IMG/VR virus record: IMGVR_UViG_3300022752_000022
Coordinates: 32,001 to 96,000 of that record
Source of the DNA: a virus
Length of the DNA: 64,000 nucleotides
Strand: one strand, 5' to 3'
A program made the translations under genes and the position numbers. This document shows positions 8,734 to 18,076 of this stretch, in pieces; the first letter of the stretch is position 1, and each line of letters begins with the position of its first letter. The notes below the pieces were generated by a model. It did no database searches, was not told the origin of the DNA, and saw nothing but the letters and a program-made list of their open reading frames with translations.

Positions 8734-10917
8734 ATGACTAACCTAGAAACAACAAAATCCACGCTAGCCAGACTGCTAGCAACAGAGAATCTCAATATTG
8801 AGATCCGAAAAGCGGAAACAGCAGCATTCAATCCCAATACTCGGACGTTGATTCTTCCACTCTGGAAAGATATCTCTCCAGAACTCTATGATCTTCTGGT
8901 CGGCCACGAAGTCGGCCATGCATTAGATACACCCGCTGAAGGTTGGCATGATGCTATTGTAGAGAACATGAAGCCTGGATTCAAGTCTTTCCTGAATGTG
9001 GTAGAGGATGCTCGGATTGAACGGAAAATCAAAACACGTTACCCAGGGCTCCGCAAGTCCTTTGTGATTGGTTACCGTGAACTATGCGATAAAAATTTCT
9101 TTGGCTTAGACGGCAAGGATGTGAATGATTCTCTGCTAATTGACCGTATCAATGTACACTTCAAATTAGGCGTATCAGCCAACGTACAATTCAAACCAGA
9201 AGAGCAATACTTTCTGGATAAAATTGAAGCAACAGAAACCTTTGAAGATGTATACCAAGTGGCTAAAGAGTTGTACGAATATTGCAAAGAGGAAATGCAA
9301 GACCTTCAGCAACAGCCACAACCTGAGGCTGGATCGCCTGATGAAACTGGTGAAGATTCTGGCGATTCTTCTGGCGAAGGTGAGTCTTCAGGAACATCTG
9401 AACAGTCTGGTGAAAAACAAGAAATGCAAGGCGATGCTACCGACAGTAGTGACGGTGATGGAGAAGAGGAGGGCGAAGAGTCATCCGATACTGATTCTAG
9501 TTACGGTAAAGATTCTAGCAAGTCAGGCGATGCCGACAATTTTGATCCAGTGTCCGAGACTGATACAGCATTTCAAGAAGCTATGAAAAGCCTCAGTCAA
9601 ACCACTGGCGAATTGGTAACGGGTCATCTCCATCATCCAAACAATTTTGATTACGATAACATTGTTGTTCACTGGAAGAATTGCGTCGGCAAATTGGTAG
9701 AGGCTGAATACCAATTCAGCCCTAGTCTTCTAAAGGAATTTGAAGCCAAAAACAAGAATGCTCTTATGTATCTTGTTAAAGAGTTTGAAATGCGAAAGAG
9801 AGCATCCGAACTTCGCCGTGTGTCGGTTGCACAAACTGGTCAACTTGATACCAATAAGTTGCATACTTATAAATTTAATGACGATATCTTCCGTCGTGTT
9901 GCAAGTGTTTCACAAGGCAAGAATCACGGGCTATACATTGTGATTGACTGGTCTGGTTCAATGGGCGACAATCTTAAAGGTACGATTGAGCAATTGATTA
10001 CCCTTACTCAATTCTGTAAGAAAATCAACGTGCCCTTTGAAGTGATGGCCTTTGCTACTGAGTATCACATAAAAAATGAATTCGGTGGAAGAATTTCAGG
10101 AGTTCCACTTAAGCAAGGCGTTGATGTAAAAAATCACTTGCAAATTGGCTCATTCAATCTTTTGAACCTGCTTTCATCAACTATGCCTGATAAAGTTTAT
10201 CGGCAAATGTGTAATGATTTATTGAACGCAGGTGCAATGCGTGGTAGGTACTTGAAGAGTAATTTTCGTTTGGGTGGCACTCCGCTCAATGAAACAGTCA
10301 TGGTTCTTCCTAAACTTGTAAATGATTTTAAAATGAAGAATCGGTTGCAAATTGTGAATGTAGCCATTCTAACGGACGGCGAAGATTCCGATCACATTCC
10401 GGTGAATGGTACATTCGGTTTTTCTAGTGGAATTCAATCCAGCACAAACAATAGAACTTGTATCATTATTGATAACGAAACCAAGAAGAGTTACAAAACC
10501 GAGAGTCGCCGTGGTGCTGTTACCATTGCACTGCTAAAAATTCTCAAGGATAAAACTGGCTGTAATCTCCTTGGCTTTTACATTACGCAACCATGGCGCA
10601 GTGCTTACGCTGATGTTATGCAAAAATTTACTAATGATACTAAGTATAGCAGATACAAATCTCCTGAAACTGCAAGAGAATCCTATGCTAAGTGGAAAGA
10701 AACGAAGGTTGATGTTATTACCGATTGGGGCTTTGATGAATACTACATCATTCCTGGTGGTAATGAGTTGAATGTGGATGATGATGATTTGGACGATATC
10801 ATTGGTCAAGGTGTGAATGTTACGGCTCGCAAATTGCGTGGCGCATTCCTGAAGATGAATCAGAACCGACTGACGAACCGTGTGTTGCTCCGAAAATTCA
10901 TTGAGAAGGTGTCGTAA
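8734..10917 (+). CDS. CobT-like protein: N-terminal metallopeptidase-like domain, acidic linker, vWA domain
   Basis: HEVGH...NVVEDARIE; DWSGSM MIDAS, GGTPL, LTDGE. Confidence 0.88.
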   Translation: MTNLETTKSTLARLLATENLNIEIRKAETAAFNPNTRTLILPLWKDISPELYDLLVGHEVGHALDTPAEGWHDAIVENMKPGFKSFLNVVEDARIERKIKTRYPGLRKSFVIGYRELCDKNFFGLDGKDVNDSLLIDRINVHFKLGVSANVQFKPEEQYFLDKIEATETFEDVYQVAKELYEYCKEEMQDLQQQPQPEAGSPDETGEDSGDSSGEGESSGTSEQSGEKQEMQGDATDSSDGDGEEEGEESSDTDSSYGKDSSKSGDADNFDPVSETDTAFQEAMKSLSQTTGELVTGHLHHPNNFDYDNIVVHWKNCVGKLVEAEYQFSPSLLKEFEAKNKNALMYLVKEFEMRKRASELRRVSVAQTGQLDTNKLHTYKFNDDIFRRVASVSQGKNHGLYIVIDWSGSMGDNLKGTIEQLITLTQFCKKINVPFEVMAFATEYHIKNEFGGRISGVPLKQGVDVKNHLQIGSFNLLNLLSSTMPDKVYRQMCNDLLNAGAMRGRYLKSNFRLGGTPLNETVMVLPKLVNDFKMKNRLQIVNVAILTDGEDSDHIPVNGTFGFSSGIQSSTNNRTCIIIDNETKKSYKTESRRGAVTIALLKILKDKTGCNLLGFYITQPWRSAYADVMQKFTNDTKYSRYKSPETARESYAKWKETKVDVITDWGFDEYYIIPGGNELNVDDDDLDDIIGQGVNVTARKLRGAFLKMNQNRLTNRVLLRKFIEKVS

Positions 10918-10985
10918 AAATGCAACAACACCATGTTGCAAAAAAACAACATGGTGTTGACATTTCAGCAAAACCTCTGTATGAT
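10910..10985 (+). promoter_or_regulatory. Sigma70-type promoter with two palindromic boxes
   Basis: TGTCGTAAAAATGCAACA and TGTTGCAAAAAAACAACA, then TTGACA-17-TATGAT. Confidence 0.8.
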
Positions 10986-11016
10986 TACATTATGAACTTT
11001 GATAAGGAACTTTGAA

Positions 11017-12210
11017 ATGACTAGCCGTGCAGATAAAATTGAATATCTCACCACAATTCTTAACCGCTTTGGCACTACGGTAACAATGGAGCAATTGAAG
11101 CAGTTGGACTCCGAGGGTATCAAGCGCCAGGTGTGGGTCTCTGGCGAAAAGTATCGTATTGGCCGTGGTCTGTACCAGCTCCCTCTGGCCGAGTACGGCA
11201 TCAATATGGCGGGTACTGTTATGCCCATGCGAAAGCCTGAGCCGGTAGCAGCGGCTCCAGTGGTTCCAGTTGCACCTGCAATTCCACAAGAGAAAGCAGC
11301 AACCAAAATCTCCAAGGTTCTCCGAATCGATGATGGTCCGACGGTGCCTAAGACTGATCCATTGTACGTACCATTCGGTTTCTACGATAAAATGCTTAAG
11401 ATTGTGACTTCAAAGCAATTTTATCCGGTGTTCGTTTCTGGACTGTCTGGCAATGGTAAGACAATGATGGTTGAGCAAGCCTGTGCTAAACTTGGTCGAG
11501 AATTCATGCGAGTCAATATCACGCCGGAAACGGATGAGGATGACTTGATTGGTGGGTTCCGCTTGATTGACGGTGAAACCCGCTGGTTCGACGGGCCTGT
11601 GCTCCAGGCCATGAAGTCCGGTGCAATTCTCTGCCTCGATGAAATTGACCGTGGCTCAAACAAACTTATGTGCTTGCAAGGCATTCTTGAGGGCAAGCCA
11701 ATCTTCGTAAAGAAGACTGGTGAAACCGTGTCACCTGGACCTGGATTCAACGTGATAGCAACCGCTAACACAAAAGGTAAAGGCGATGAAACTGGTCGAT
11801 TCATGGCTGCGACAATCCTTGATGATGCATTCCTGGAGCGGTTTCCAATCACGGTTGAGCAAGAGTATCCAGACACCAAAGTTGAGACTAAAATTTTAGC
11901 TCGTGTGTTTGATAGTCTTGGTCTCCAAGATAAAGAGTTCTCGGAGATCCTGGTAAAGTGGGCTGATATCATCCGCAAGACATTTGAAGAGGGTGCGATT
12001 GATGAATTGATTTCCACTCGCCGTCTGGTGTCTATTGCGAAAGCATACCAGATTTTCGAGAACCGTGAGGATGCGATTCAGTATTGTATCAACCGCTTTG
12101 ATGCTGAAACCAAAACAGCATTCATGGATCTCTACAGCAAGTTGGTTCCTTCTGAGCCTGTTGCGTCTTCAGCACCAGAAGCATCAGCCGATGAAGACAT
12201 ACCTTTCTAA
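11017..12210 (+). CDS. CobS-like MoxR AAA+ ATPase
   Basis: GLSGNGKT, LCLDEID, ATANTKG, AFLERF, ISTRRL; partner of the upstream vWA protein. Confidence 0.92.
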   Translation: MTSRADKIEYLTTILNRFGTTVTMEQLKQLDSEGIKRQVWVSGEKYRIGRGLYQLPLAEYGINMAGTVMPMRKPEPVAAAPVVPVAPAIPQEKAATKISKVLRIDDGPTVPKTDPLYVPFGFYDKMLKIVTSKQFYPVFVSGLSGNGKTMMVEQACAKLGREFMRVNITPETDEDDLIGGFRLIDGETRWFDGPVLQAMKSGAILCLDEIDRGSNKLMCLQGILEGKPIFVKKTGETVSPGPGFNVIATANTKGKGDETGRFMAATILDDAFLERFPITVEQEYPDTKVETKILARVFDSLGLQDKEFSEILVKWADIIRKTFEEGAIDELISTRRLVSIAKAYQIFENREDAIQYCINRFDAETKTAFMDLYSKLVPSEPVASSAPEASADEDIPF

Positions 12211-12227
12211 GAAGAAAATATTCTACG

Positions 12228-12255
12228 AAGTGGTCGAGAAATCGGCCACTTTTTT
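12228..12255 (+). terminator. Rho-independent terminator
   Basis: AAGTGGTCGA-GAAA-TCGGCCACTT followed by a T run. Confidence 0.85.
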
Positions 12256-12296
12256 CATATATAATAATAATATGACAACTTTAAAATGGAGTTACT

Positions 12297-13133
12297 ATGG
12301 AAATAAGAATTGACATTGAAAAAATCAGGGAGAAAAAGGTGTTCATTGCGACACCAATGTACGGCGGCCAGTGTTATGGTGGTTATACAAAATCTATTGC
12401 AGACTTTATGGTCCTCTGTACTCGATATAAGATTGAATGCAAATTATTTTTTATGTTCAATGAATCACTCATTACAAGAGCACGAAATTACTTGGCCGAC
12501 GAATTCATGCGCTCGGACTATACTCATTTGCTTTTCATTGATAGTGATATAACTTTTAACGCACAAGACATTCTTGTGATGTTACATTACTCCGAAGATG
12601 AAGATAAAGATGTTATCTGTGGGCCTTATCCTAAGAAAGCAATCTCATGGGAAAAAGTAAAGGCTGCGGTTGATAAAGGCTTTGCTGATAAAGATCCACT
12701 TGCACTTGAAAATTTCACCGGCGACTACGTGTTTAATCCTGTAGACGGTACAGAAAGAATTGCACTAGGTGAACCCGCTGAAGTGAAAGAAGGCGGTACT
12801 GGATTTATGTTAGTGAGAAGAAATGTTTTTGAGAGAATGAGCGAATTATATCCTGAAAGATCGTACAAACCTGATCATGTACGAACAAAAGCATTTGATG
12901 GTAGCCGTGAAATTATGGCTTACTTTGATTGTGTAATTGATCCTGATTCAAAGCGATATCTATCTGAAGACTACATGTTTTGTCAGTATGCAAGAAAAGC
13001 TGGTCTTAAAGTTTGGATGTTGCCGTGGCTAGAATTAAAACACACAGGTTCTTACACTTGGGGTGGCTCTCTATCTGCACTTGCGGCAGTTGGTGCATCT
13101 CCAACAGCATCAAGGACCGCACCGAAACGATGA
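12297..13133 (+). CDS. GT-A fold glycosyltransferase-like protein
   Basis: FIATPMYGG, ESLITRARN, FIDSD (DxD), GTGFML, LSEDY motifs. Confidence 0.8.
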   Translation: MEIRIDIEKIREKKVFIATPMYGGQCYGGYTKSIADFMVLCTRYKIECKLFFMFNESLITRARNYLADEFMRSDYTHLLFIDSDITFNAQDILVMLHYSEDEDKDVICGPYPKKAISWEKVKAAVDKGFADKDPLALENFTGDYVFNPVDGTERIALGEPAEVKEGGTGFMLVRRNVFERMSELYPERSYKPDHVRTKAFDGSREIMAYFDCVIDPDSKRYLSEDYMFCQYARKAGLKVWMLPWLELKHTGSYTWGGSLSALAAVGASPTASRTAPKR

Positions 13134-13537
13134 AGCCAATTGGTTATAAGTATAATGAAGATACACTTCTAAAGGAAATAGAAGCCTATATTGATGGTAC
13201 ATACGGTGAACACTATTCACAAAATAAATTTCAAGCTACAGAATTTATCATTGACTCTGGTCATGGTGAAGGTTTCACTATAGGTAATGTGATTAAGTAT
13301 GCACAACGTTATGGAAAAAAAGGAGGTCGTAATCGAAAAGACTTGCTAAAAGTAATTCACTATGCTATTATGATGCTTTATATCCACGACACTTATTATT
13401 ATGGAGAAGTGAAAGATGAAGTTAAACGAGAAGACACTGGAAGTCTTGAAAAACTTTTCAACAATCAACACAGGAATGATGTTTCGCAAAGGCAATTTGT
13501 TGAGGGTTATTTCAGCACAAAAAGCGATAGTCGGTAA
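13130..13537 (+). CDS. DUF3310-like protein
   Basis: HYSQ...GFTIGNVIKYAQRYGKKGG...DLLKVIHY; ATG overlaps the upstream stop (ATGA). Confidence 0.75.
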   Translation: MKPIGYKYNEDTLLKEIEAYIDGTYGEHYSQNKFQATEFIIDSGHGEGFTIGNVIKYAQRYGKKGGRNRKDLLKVIHYAIMMLYIHDTYYYGEVKDEVKREDTGSLEKLFNNQHRNDVSQRQFVEGYFSTKSDSR

Positions 13538-14093
13538 AGCGATTATCAACGACATCATTCCTGATGAGTTTTGTATCTATGATTTGAATCGATTTCTTTC
13601 TGTTGTAGGTTCTCTAGAAGCACCTGAAATTACGATTCAAAAAACTAAAGACGGTGGTGCAGGCAGTGCAGTCATCAATTCAGGCAATGCTAAACTTGTC
13701 TATCGATTGACAGATGAATCTATGATTGTTGCAGCGCCTGATAAAGATATCAAAGTGTCTAACGCTGAAGTTCAATTCACGTTGAAAAAGGATCACCTGG
13801 TGCAAGTCCTAAAACTTTCAGGCATTCTCGGTTTGCCGCATATTGCTGTCACAGGCAATCGTGAAAAGATTACCATTGCAGCAGTAGATGGTAAGAACGA
13901 AGGTTCTGATACATTCTCACTAGAAGTTGGTGAGACTACAGCAGACTTTAGGTTCGTGTTCGGCGTCGGCAACTTCAAATTGATTCCTACAGATTATGAA
14001 GTCAATGCATCATCAAAGGGTATTGCACACTTTGAATCTAAGACGTTAGAATACTGGATCGCAATGGAACCTGGATCGAGGTACGAAGCATGA
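13416..14093 (+). CDS. gp45: Sliding clamp gp45
   Basis: MKLNEKTLEVLKNFSTIN, FCIYDLNRFLS, YWIAME. Confidence 0.93.
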   Translation: MKLNEKTLEVLKNFSTINTGMMFRKGNLLRVISAQKAIVGKAIINDIIPDEFCIYDLNRFLSVVGSLEAPEITIQKTKDGGAGSAVINSGNAKLVYRLTDESMIVAAPDKDIKVSNAEVQFTLKKDHLVQVLKLSGILGLPHIAVTGNREKITIAAVDGKNEGSDTFSLEVGETTADFRFVFGVGNFKLIPTDYEVNASSKGIAHFESKTLEYWIAMEPGSRYEA

Positions 14094-14347
14094 GTGTAAC
14101 TATTCCGTCGTCGCCAGAAGACAAGAAAAAAATTCGGCAAGCATTGCAAGAAATCTCCGATTCTCTGACTCGCATGGAAGCAGAAAGAGACTTGATCAAA
14201 GATATTCTTCAGACTGTTGAAGACAACTATCAGATTAAGAAAAAGTACACTCGGAGACTTGCTAAAGTCTATCATAAGCAAAACTTCACGCAAGTGCAAC
14301 AAGACCAACAGGACTTAGAAACACTTTACGAATCCGTTGCAAAGTGA
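14090..14347 (+). CDS. DsbA-like double-stranded DNA-binding protein
   Basis: ISDSLTRMEAERDLIKDI...RRLAKVYHKQNF resembles T4 DsbA. Confidence 0.7.
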   Translation: MSVTIPSSPEDKKKIRQALQEISDSLTRMEAERDLIKDILQTVEDNYQIKKKYTRRLAKVYHKQNFTQVQQDQQDLETLYESVAK

Positions 14348-14380
14348 TATAATGTTATTTTTTTATTATGTGGAGATGGT

Positions 14381-15322
14381 ATGCGTGAAGATTTTCTTTG
14401 GACTGAAAAACATAGACCAAAAAAGATTGCTGATACGATTCTACCTGACGATTTGAAAGCTACGTTTCAAGAATTTGTCAACAATCAAAACATACCTAAT
14501 TTGATTCTTGCTGGTGGACCTGGTGTTGGTAAAACTACCGTTGCAAGAGCGATGCTTGAAGAACTCGGTGCAGATTATATTGTTATCAATGGAAGTATGA
14601 ATGGTAACATTGATACTCTGAGAAATGAAATTAAAAACTATGCGTCTACAATGTCATTTGTTGGTGGTCGTAAGTATGTTATACTTGACGAAGCTGACTA
14701 TCTTAATCCTCAGAGCACTCAGCCAGCCCTTCGTAATTTCATGGAAGAGTTTTCTTCTAATTGTGGCTTTATTCTTACTTGTAATTATCTGAATCGTATC
14801 ATAGCACCTTTACATAGTCGGTGTTCTGTGATACAATTTAAGATTGTAAATGGAACAAGAAAGAAACTTGCAGCGCAGTTTATCAAACGTGTTGAAGACA
14901 TTCTCAAAAAAGAGAACGTTGAATATGATAAAGCAGTAATTGCTGAAGTCATTATGAAACACTTGCCCGATTGGCGCCGAGTGTTGAATGAACTCCAACG
15001 ATATGCACCAACTGGTAAGATTGATAGTGGCATTCTGTCTAATATGTCGGATGCAAATATCAAAGACCTTATCAAGCGATTGAAAGAGAAAGATTTTTCT
15101 GGTATGAGAAAGTGGGTTGTTGAAAATTTAGACAATGAACCGCAAGCAATCTTTCGTATGATTTTTGATCATGCAAATGATGCACTTGAATCTAGATCAA
15201 TTCCACAACTTGTTTTATATCTTGCTGAGTATCAATATAAAGCAGCATTCGTGGTTGATCAAGAAATCAATCTAGTAGCATTTCTTACACAAGTTATGGC
15301 AGATTGTGAGTTTAAATCATGA
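14381..15322 (+). CDS. gp44: Clamp loader large subunit gp44
   Basis: WTEKHRP, GGPGVGKT, ILDEAD, LHSRC. Confidence 0.96.
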   Translation: MREDFLWTEKHRPKKIADTILPDDLKATFQEFVNNQNIPNLILAGGPGVGKTTVARAMLEELGADYIVINGSMNGNIDTLRNEIKNYASTMSFVGGRKYVILDEADYLNPQSTQPALRNFMEEFSSNCGFILTCNYLNRIIAPLHSRCSVIQFKIVNGTRKKLAAQFIKRVEDILKKENVEYDKAVIAEVIMKHLPDWRRVLNELQRYAPTGKIDSGILSNMSDANIKDLIKRLKEKDFSGMRKWVVENLDNEPQAIFRMIFDHANDALESRSIPQLVLYLAEYQYKAAFVVDQEINLVAFLTQVMADCEFKS

Positions 15323-15789
15323 GAACGCAATTAACAAGGGAGCAAAAGATTGAGATTCTCGGAAAGATGGGTGAGAAGTATGTAGGAAACTATCTTGCCG
15401 AGACTCGCAAGGTCCAACATTCGTTGGACAATTTTGATTCCGAAAAAGATATGACAGCAGATGGCAAAACTGTTGAAGTGAAAGTTGGCACACCATTTAT
15501 CGTTGAAAAATCTATTTCATTCAAACGAAGCCAACTACCAAAATGTAGAGGAGTGGATGAATTCTATTACGTTACAATTCCTGCACCGAAGTATAAGTAT
15601 CGCTGGAGTGGTTGGTTGTTTCGCATAGAAAACACATTCAAATGTCGCATAAGAAAAGTGACAAGATCAAATGGATGGATTGATGAAATGGCATTGATAC
15701 CGATTGAACAAGAAGCGGTCATTCCGATACATAAAGTGCCAGATTCTGTCATTGCTGAAATGATGAAATACACAACCTCAAATTATTGA
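15319..15789 (+). CDS. Putative PD-(D/E)xK nuclease
   Basis: GKMGE...SEKD...VEVK spacing. Confidence 0.55.
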   Translation: MRTQLTREQKIEILGKMGEKYVGNYLAETRKVQHSLDNFDSEKDMTADGKTVEVKVGTPFIVEKSISFKRSQLPKCRGVDEFYYVTIPAPKYKYRWSGWLFRIENTFKCRIRKVTRSNGWIDEMALIPIEQEAVIPIHKVPDSVIAEMMKYTTSNY

Positions 15790-15793
15790 CAAC

Positions 15794-16201
15794 ATGACAC
15801 CCTTTGACTTTTTAAAAGCGATCAATCAGACAAAAGAGAATCTGATTGTAGATGAAGTTTCAGAGAAAGCATATACACCATTCATTGTCAATCGTGGCCT
15901 GTCATTCTTTCCAGATACGATTATGTTCGCAAATGAGGTGAATCTAAATTCAATCTTAGATAATAAAGCGCAATTTCTCTTTTTACTAAATAGCATCAGA
16001 CCAAAAAAGCGTTTCAGCAAATGGTTAAAGAGTGAAAAACTTGATGCTGTTGAAGTGATTTCAGAATACTTTGGCTACAGTTATAGAAAAGCTAAAGACA
16101 TTTCAAATCTCTTCACTAAGGATCAAATTCACCAGATGAAACTAAAATTAGAAAAAGGTGGTTTGAACAGTAAGGAGAAACAAAATGGCAGTGAGCATTG
16201 A
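15794..16201 (+). CDS. gp62: Clamp loader small subunit gp62
   Basis: YTPFIVNRGLS, KKRFSKW, YFGYSYRKA, KGG. Confidence 0.92.
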   Translation: MTPFDFLKAINQTKENLIVDEVSEKAYTPFIVNRGLSFFPDTIMFANEVNLNSILDNKAQFLFLLNSIRPKKRFSKWLKSEKLDAVEVISEYFGYSYRKAKDISNLFTKDQIHQMKLKLEKGGLNSKEKQNGSEH

Positions 16202-16586
16202 TGAATTATTGGAGGTGCGTCTAAAACAAGAAGATGATTTTTTAAAAGTGCGTGAAACTCTAACTAGAATTGGTGTAGCATCTAGAAAAGATAAAACTTT
16301 ATATCAATCTTGTCACATCTTACATAAGAAAGGTAAATATTACATAGTACACTTCAAAGAATTATTTGCTTTAGATGGTAAACCAACTGACTTTACGGAT
16401 AATGATCTAGGACGTAGAAATACAATTGCCAATTTATTAGCAGAATGGGGTTTAATTGAAATTGTAAAAAGTGATGTTGCCAAAGATATTGTTGCGCCAC
16501 TATCTCAAATCAAAATCATATCATACAAAGAACGTGACGAATGGCAGTTGACTACAAAATATAACATAGGTAAGAAAAAAATTTAA
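16185..16586 (+). CDS. regA: Translational repressor RegA
   Basis: DDFLKVRETLTRIGVAS, LYQSCHILHKKGKYYIVHFKELF. Confidence 0.97.
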   Translation: MAVSIDELLEVRLKQEDDFLKVRETLTRIGVASRKDKTLYQSCHILHKKGKYYIVHFKELFALDGKPTDFTDNDLGRRNTIANLLAEWGLIEIVKSDVAKDIVAPLSQIKIISYKERDEWQLTTKYNIGKKKI

Positions 16587-16665
16587 TTTATTGTCAACAA
16601 AATCTCTTGACATGCGTTAAATATAATGTGATAATGTATCACATATTTTATTAAAGGAGTTTGAC

Positions 16666-16896
16666 ATGACAAAATTATTTGCAGCATTGATTCTATCATT
16701 ACCCATGATTGCAGTTGCGGCAGATCAGCCAAAAGCAGATGCTAAAGCAGCACCAAAAGCTGAAGCACCAAAAGCTGATGCTAAAGCGGAAGAAAAAGCA
16801 AAGCCAAAAGTGAAACGTCCGGAAGAGCGTAAAGCTGAAGCTGAAGCTAAAAAAGCAGCGGAAGCAAAACCCGCTGAATCAGCAGCTAAGAAATAA
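16666..16896 (+). CDS. Secreted Ala/Lys-rich low-complexity protein
   Basis: Signal peptide (AVA-A) followed by KADAKA/APKA repeats; strong SD. Confidence 0.7.
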   Translation: MTKLFAALILSLPMIAVAADQPKADAKAAPKAEAPKADAKAEEKAKPKVKRPEERKAEAEAKKAAEAKPAESAAKK

Positions 16897-16934
16897 TTCT
16901 TAGTTTCGTTATTAACTTTGATGAGGAAATTGAC

Positions 16935-17156
16935 ATGACACAAAAAGAGAATTTGATTTCATACTTGAAAAATACCGGTCGCTGTATTTCTGGACCACAA
17001 GCAAAAGCAAGATTTGGAATTCAAAATCTAAGCGCACGTATGAGTGAACTTAGAAAAGAAGGTTTTACTGTTGTGACTGGAAAAAACAAAAGCGGTAATA
17101 CCACTTACGAAGTCACACAAAAATCGCAAACACGTTTCGAAAAAAGTGCTCGATAA
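16935..17156 (+). CDS. Small winged helix-turn-helix protein
   Basis: ISGPQAKARFGIQNLSARMSELRKEG followed by a beta-wing. Confidence 0.75.
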   Translation: MTQKENLISYLKNTGRCISGPQAKARFGIQNLSARMSELRKEGFTVVTGKNKSGNTTYEVTQKSQTRFEKSAR

Positions 17157-17158
17157 CG

Positions 17159-17166
17159 TATAAATA
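17159..17166 (+). promoter_or_regulatory. T4-type late promoter
   Basis: TATAAATA upstream of hsp20. Confidence 0.75.
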
Positions 17167-17274
17167 AGTTTATCCCAGGGATGGGAACTAGGCTGGCATC
17201 CTAGTCAAATCTGCCAAATCGCTACGCCTTCGGGGTAGTATTTCAATTTTACTCGCTTAATAAAGGAGAACGTT

Positions 17275-17769
17275 ATGACTTTTGTACCACAATTGCCAGC
17301 AGCATTCAAAGACTTTGACAAATTCTTTGTCGGCTTTGATGACACCTACAATAGGTTGTCAAAACTACACGATGACGTAACAAAAAATATTCCAAACTAC
17401 CCACCATACAACATTCGCAAAGTAGAAGATAACAAATACGTTATTGAACTTGCGGTTGCTGGTTTTTCTAGTTCGGATGTTGAAATCACTTTTGAAGATA
17501 ACAAACTTATCATTTCAGGTAAGACACACGACGATTCAGAAAATTTCTTGTTTAAAGGAATTGCAAATCGTGCATTTACTAGAACATTTGCTCTTGACGA
17601 TCAAATCGTTATTGACAATGCTGAAATGATGAATGGTATGCTCAAGATTGCTCTAGAGCGTATCATTCCAGATCATAAGAAGCCTCGGAAGATTGAAGTT
17701 AAAAACGGCGAAAGTAAGTCTTCATCAAAGAAACAGTTGCTAGTAGAAGAAGATGATTGCAATCTTTAA
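17275..17769 (+). CDS. Small heat-shock protein (Hsp20/IbpA-like)
   Basis: NYPPYNI, IELAVAGF, KGIANRAFTRTF, NGMLKI. Confidence 0.95.
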   Translation: MTFVPQLPAAFKDFDKFFVGFDDTYNRLSKLHDDVTKNIPNYPPYNIRKVEDNKYVIELAVAGFSSSDVEITFEDNKLIISGKTHDDSENFLFKGIANRAFTRTFALDDQIVIDNAEMMNGMLKIALERIIPDHKKPRKIEVKNGESKSSSKKQLLVEEDDCNL

Positions 17770-17893
17770 GATCATCACCGATTACTTCATGAAAGCATCT
17801 AAAAACTATATTGAAGCATACTTAGCCAAATCTGTAGACAGAGCAGACTTTGCTTACAGAGAAAATCAACTCAAATATAAAGGCATTCTATGA
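17753..17893 (+). CDS. Small protein, DUF3563-like
   Basis: 46 aa (below ORF-track cutoff): ...EAYLAKSVDRADFAYRENQL. Confidence 0.55.
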   Translation: MIAIFKIITDYFMKASKNYIEAYLAKSVDRADFAYRENQLKYKGIL

Positions 17894-18009
17894 AACAATA
17901 CTGGAATAAATTTATATCATGGCTTGAAGCGATCGGAGAAGCAAGGGCTGCAACCATAGCAGCACGTTATGGAAAAATTCAAGAGGCGAAAAATATAATG
18001 ATGAAGTGA
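17890..18009 (+). CDS. Small hypothetical protein
   Basis: 39 aa MKQYWNKFISWLEAIGEARAATIAARYG..., ATGA-coupled to the upstream ORF. Confidence 0.5.
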   Translation: MKQYWNKFISWLEAIGEARAATIAARYGKIQEAKNIMMK

Positions 18010-18017
18010 TTTTCAAG

Positions 18018-18040
18018 AGGGGGCTTGCAAGCCCCCTTAT
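18018..18040 (+). terminator. Probable terminator hairpin
   Basis: AGGGGGC-TTGCAA-GCCCCCT then TAT; weak U tail. Confidence 0.6.
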
Positions 18041-18076
18041 ACATAGTGTTGTCATCAACTACAACAGGAGACAGCC

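Noticed and set aside
11421-12017. Long antisense ORFs (also 40896-41402, 38095-38577, 39050-39520, 10534-10971)
   Set aside because: They shadow well-supported + strand genes and have no motifs or RBS
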